From: Thelocarpon superellum
Lineage: Eukaryota
Reading direction: 5' to 3'
Assembly: GCA_026025795.1 (NCBI GenBank)
Contig: JAPEUG010000031.1
Span: 1 to 64,000 of the forward strand
Length of the DNA stretch: 64,000 nt
The position numbers and the translations under genes were made by a program. Every line of letters starts with the position of its first letter. Positions within the stretch are counted from its first letter, which is position 1. Below the pieces are notes generated by a model. That model ran no database searches, was not told where the DNA came from, and saw nothing but the letters and a program-made list of their open reading frames with translations. Shown here one piece after another: positions 59,467 through 64,000 of this stretch.

Positions 59467-61346
59467 TCACTCGGTCATTCGAACATCGTCACCCGCACCC
59501 GGCCCAGCCCCAGCCAACTCCTTGTCGGAGCGCTCCACCTTCCGCACCGTCATCTTCGACTCGGTCGTCGGCGCCGGTGTCGACGCCGGTGTCTTCGGAA
59601 GAGATCGTAGTTGATAACTCAGCACGGTCCAGATGGCGCCGAGGGCCTGAACGCGAGCCTGGGCGTCAAAGAGATCAAACCATGGCGTGCGGTGCAATTC
59701 GAGCACGTGCGGGTGATGAGTGTGCTCAGGAGATCTCATCGGACTGCCCTTCTCGAGGGACTCGAGATATGCGTCGCTTACTTGAAGACGGAGGATGGAG
59801 ACGTGGTGGTTGAGCGAGGATATGAGAAAGACCTGCGACTGACGTTAGTCGCGCCTATCTCCTCCTCCTCGCGGTGGACGACGCTCACATCGTCAATTCC
59901 GCTCCCGGGAACTTTCCCCAGCGCCATGTAGATGGCCTTGGGGTCCCACGTTCCCAGTCCAGGCGCCAATTTTTGGTATGCTTCGGCGGCGGAATCGCGG
60001 CGGCTTCGGTACTTGGATTCGCGCTTCTTGTCCTTGGACGTCGTCAGTGATGACGATGGTGACGCGACGGCCTCGTCGCTGTTGCCGGCCGCGTTGCCCA
60101 TCTCTCCCCCCGGTCCCCCGCCCCATCGAGGCTTCGTCGTGTACCACTGGCCTTCTCCTGGCTTCGTCTCCTTCTTTCCCTCGCGCCGACGTTCTTGCGC
60201 CAAGAGCAGCAACGCCCCCAGTTCACGCGCGAGGTCCAGTTTCTCTCCCTGTCCCGTACCAGGAGGCTCCGTATGATAGCGGAAGCTGGTCTCCGGTCGG
60301 CATTGGACCCCAACGACGGGTCCCTCCCCGTAACCTTGTCGCATTCGCTGGCGATCCAACGGTAGTCGGTAAACGGAGTGTGTCAACCGCACGGGAAAGA
60401 GCATCGATCGTAGTCGGACGCGCGGCGACAGTCGCGGGACCCTGGACGCACATCAGCAGAAGCGCAGGACCGAGGACGAATCGACTGACGAAACTTGGCA
60501 CCCGAAGAACCAGGCGATGGTCTCGACGAAACTCTTCACCGTATCCTCACGATATGCCTCGAACATGTCTCGTCCCGTCCCGAGTCGCCGGCCCGTGTAC
60601 TTGGTGCCATTCCCATCCGACGAGTACTGATCCAGACTCGTATCCCAATACTGCGCCATCGTCTCCAGGCCCTGCCAAAATTTGTAGAAATGGCCTGGCT
60701 TGGCCACGGGCCGGCCCGGTTTCGGGGGCTCTCGAAGAACGGCTCGAAAGGCTTCATCATTATCCAAGATCAACTCGGCCACGCGCTGTCGGTAGGTTTC
60801 TTGGTCTGGCGCTTCCTTGCCGTTGCTTAGATGCGTCGGCGCCTTGACCATCCCCCCAAGCTCGTGTAACTCCGTTGAAGGAACATACGATACCCCGCTC
60901 AAGCGATCTCGTGGCAAGAGGTCGTCGAGGGCCACATCGTAATGCACCTTGAGATTCAGCGCTCGAAGATGCTCCGCGCGGAGTTCGGTCGGTTTCCGCA
61001 ACGATCCGTACAGCGAGACGATGGTCGATGCCGCCTCATCATCGAAGACGGCAACGGCCGACTCGTCTGGCTCATCCGGCACGTGGTGGGGAAAGTCCAC
61101 CGGCGTAGCTGGTGGCGGTGGCGGACGGTTCTTGGTGTGAGCTGGCGACGTGGCTGACTTGCGAGAAATTAGCTCCGGAGCAGAGGAGAGGAAGCGGCGC
61201 TTCATGGTGCCGATGAAGCTCTGTCGCCGCGGGAGCACATTGGGAGAAAGGGGCAACGGGCTCGCATGGAGAAGATGTGGAAGGAAGGAGCGCCGTCTCT
61301 CTCTTGGAGGAGACGTGCTCTGCCTCCTCCCGAAGAAGAAATGCAT
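59467..61346 (-). CDS. Uncharacterised fungal protein, 3 exons (alternative start at 61205)
   Basis: Three ORF segments joined by GTCAGT..CAG (~60489) and GTGAGC..CTAAC..CAG (~59888) introns. Globular-looking motifs FWQGLETMAQYWDTS, YTGRRLGTGRDM, LLLLAQERRRE, WYTTKPRWGGGPGG, VFLISSLNHHVS. Confidence 0.8.
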
Positions 61347-62431
61347 CTGGGGCGACTAGATGGACCACGTGCAACGCCGCTGGAGTGGGCACAGGTCGCA
61401 AACGGCTGGTCATGTGTTGCAGAATCTCCCAGGCCAGGAGAAAAGGTACGGGTCGGTGTGGCCCATAGTCAACAGAAATCACGGGGACCAGGTGTTGACA
61501 GGAAACGACGTGGAAGCAGGTGTGGACGTAGATGTGGGCGCAACCAGTATGCCGACGTGCAAGGGTCGAGGCAGGAGCAGCAAAGGGCTCGGCGTGCGAC
61601 TCGCCATACACATCGCTCGCGGGCACCAGTAGACCAGAAGGAAATGAGAGCGACGGGCAATCGCAGACAAGACGCCGGACGCACTCCGCACGCAGGTCGT
61701 CGAGAGATGGATGAAGCAGAGACCGACCAAAATCCATCCCGGGACAGTTCACCAGGCTACGAAGGATATGTGGAGACGCATCGGCACTTACCCGGAATAT
61801 TCAAGCCACCGAACATGCTGCGCTCAAGGCATTGACGTCCTGCCTCGCGCCGGATTGTAGATCACCAACGGCGGGCATATCAGTGACGATCCTCGCGTCT
61901 CAGCTGGAGGACGAGCTAAGGGTCGGCGTGCATGGTATTACTGAGACGGACGCACACCTCGCACCTCACACCTCCCCATCCCACCCCCGCGGTACTAGAG
62001 CTGTCGTATCATCCGAGTAGGCCGGACAAGGGCGCTGCTAGCGCTTTCAGCCTGCAGGATGCATATTGGCGCGACCCTCGCTGTCTGTGCTGCCGGAGGT
62101 GGGTGTGTTGACCAGTGCTCCCATGGCCAGTGCAAACCTCATCGGCAGACAGTCATCGACTGTGTCTTTTCAGGACTGTCTTGCAAATTCAGATGCTGGC
62201 CCTTGAGTGGCCGGTGCATGTCTAATTGTCCACTTCCGACCGGTCGGGCGCTCCGTGGAGTGGCGCTACGTGACTACTTCGACTCTGGTACCGAGACGTG
62301 AACTTGAACTCGCTTTCCACCGCTGGTGCGGAGTAGCGAGAGGTCGATACGCTATGATGCCGCTGTCATCCGTTGTGGGCCAGAGCGGATGTCTGTCTCT
62401 GTCTACCAAGGGATGTCCAGGGAGAGACAAG

Positions 62432-63717
62432 CTATGTCCACGGCTCAATCACCAGCTTCTTGCCACTGACCCCTTGGGACATCCTCTCCACCCCTGCGGC
62501 ATATTGATCCAGGCCTCCGAGTCGCTCGGGCGGCACGCCTCGAATCCATCCGCCTTTCAGCCCTCGCTCCATGTAGCCCCCACTGGCCAACAACCAGTCC
62601 ACCAGCTCCTGGTTTTCCTCGGCCTTGTTCCGGAACAACATCATCTCCGCCGTCACCCCGTCAGGCAGCTTGGGCATGCCTGGCATCGTGGGGGGGAGGA
62701 GCGTGATGATGCGGGCCTTGACCACCTGCCGGCCCGGAGGGGTCAAGATCTTGATCAGGAGCTCCATGGACGACGGCAGCGACACCGTATCAAGCCAGTA
62801 GTCGATGGGCAACAGATCATGAATCTTCGCTGGCGTGCCGTCGTTATGGTAATCATAAACATAATCCGCGCCCCGCTCATGGACGAGTGGGAAGTTGTGC
62901 GGCGAACAGGTGGTGACGACGGTGTAGCCGGCCTGCTTTGCGTACCCGATGGCGAGCAGACCCATGGCCGAGGAGCCGCCGCTGATGTAGATTTTCTTCA
63001 GCTTGGGCGTCGGGTGCAAAGCATCCACCGGCCGCTCCATACCCAAGGTGGAGCGTGCGAACAGCGCGGCTGGCGGAGTCTGCGCACATGAGGCGACGGC
63101 GACGGCAAAGTCCAAGTCGCCAATCTACTCCGACATGGTTGGTGAGCCGGCGTCCACGCTCGTTCTCACCGCCCAGACTCCGCGAGAGGCACTCACCAAG
63201 ACGCACTCCCGTGCATCGGCGATAGTATAACGCTGCTGGCTACCGTACTTGGCCACGCCTTTGCTCGGGTAGGCGTTGGTACCAGCCACGACGCGATCGC
63301 CGACCCGGACCTTGGTCACGCCCTCGCCCACGGCCTCGACGAACCCTCCTGCCGTTGAGCCCAGCACAGTGGGATAACTCAACTTGAGCACGGCCAGCTT
63401 GGCAATCTTGACCTCGACTGGCTGGACGGGTGCCGCTTGTGTCTGGCCTCTCCACCGCACATCAGCCAGGTCCATCACTCGCCGTCGAGCCCGGAGGAGC
63501 ACATTACGTCTCCTCGGTCGGAGCGCAGGAGCTCCGCGACCTCGTTAATTCAAGGCCGGTGCGAGGGAGCGAAGACGGGAGAGAATGAAGGAAGAGACCC
63601 GCCACGCACACGAATCAAGACCTCACCCGCCTCCGGCTGCGCAATCTCCGCGGCTCCTACTTCGATTGCGCCCTTCTCCGAGAGCAGCCACGCTGCTTGA
63701 TTCTCCCCGGCCGACAT
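62432..63717 (-). CDS. MDR-superfamily (GroES-like plus Rossmann) oxidoreductase, trans-enoyl-reductase/ToxD-like, 3 exons
   Basis: ENQAAWL..PEAGEVLIR, YPTVLGSTAGGFVEAVGEGVT..VGDRV, IYISGGSSAMG, TTCSPHNF..GADYVYDY, GVSGKKLV. Confidence 0.9.
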
Positions 63718-64000
63718 GGTCCAGAGAGCCTTCTGCGATGCGTGGAGGAGACTTGATGGATGCTTCTGTGCAGGTGAACTGAGGCGAAGATGACGGAGGT
63801 TGACTGACATAGGTAAGTCGACGTAGATTTGATGCCATGGACGAGCCGAAAATCAGGTTCAAGACGGTCTTTACGGTCTACGAAACCTGCAGGCAATTGG
63901 CAGGGAACGGACAGCCGACGGACGAATGAGATCCGAAAGCATGTCAGATGAGATCACACCACACTAATGACTCCTTACTCATTGGTACTTAGTTAGAGTG

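Noticed and set aside
62432..63717. Secondary-metabolite cluster implied by the enoyl-reductase-like gene
   Set aside because: No PKS, NRPS, tailoring or transporter genes in the window; a cluster beyond the right edge cannot be excluded.

Overview
Eukaryotic, GC-rich DNA from a filamentous ascomycete (Pezizomycotina). Evidence: short (46-160 nt) spliceosomal introns with CTRAC branch points and a fungal gene set. I resolved 15 protein-coding genes by hand-splicing: alpha-1,3-glucan synthase (runs off the left edge), Sub1/PC4, 5-oxoprolinase, a PXA-PX sorting-nexin-like protein, the APSES regulator StuA, a small secreted protein, a BRCT protein, an F-box-like hypothetical, a DHX29-like DEAH helicase, GCN1, RPL19, an F-box-like protein with a histone H3-like N-terminus, mitochondrial SHMT, an uncharacterised protein, and an MDR/enoyl-reductase-like oxidoreductase. 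There is also one probable pseudogene. I saw no tRNA, rRNA, CRISPR array or intact transposon. Main leads: (1) a non-histone protein whose apparent true N-terminus is an H3-tail mimic (ARTKQ...K9...SKAARKRLA) joined to an F-box-like domain; (2) an AUG-free 850-nt region upstream of stuA with an in-frame open extension, a CUG in strong context and two micro-uORFs, suggesting non-AUG isoform control; (3) an expanded GxxTP repeat array in the glucan synthase; (4) a lower-GC accessory island near 32-35.7 kb; (5) GC-AG and AAG splice sites. All family assignments come from motif recognition, not database searches.
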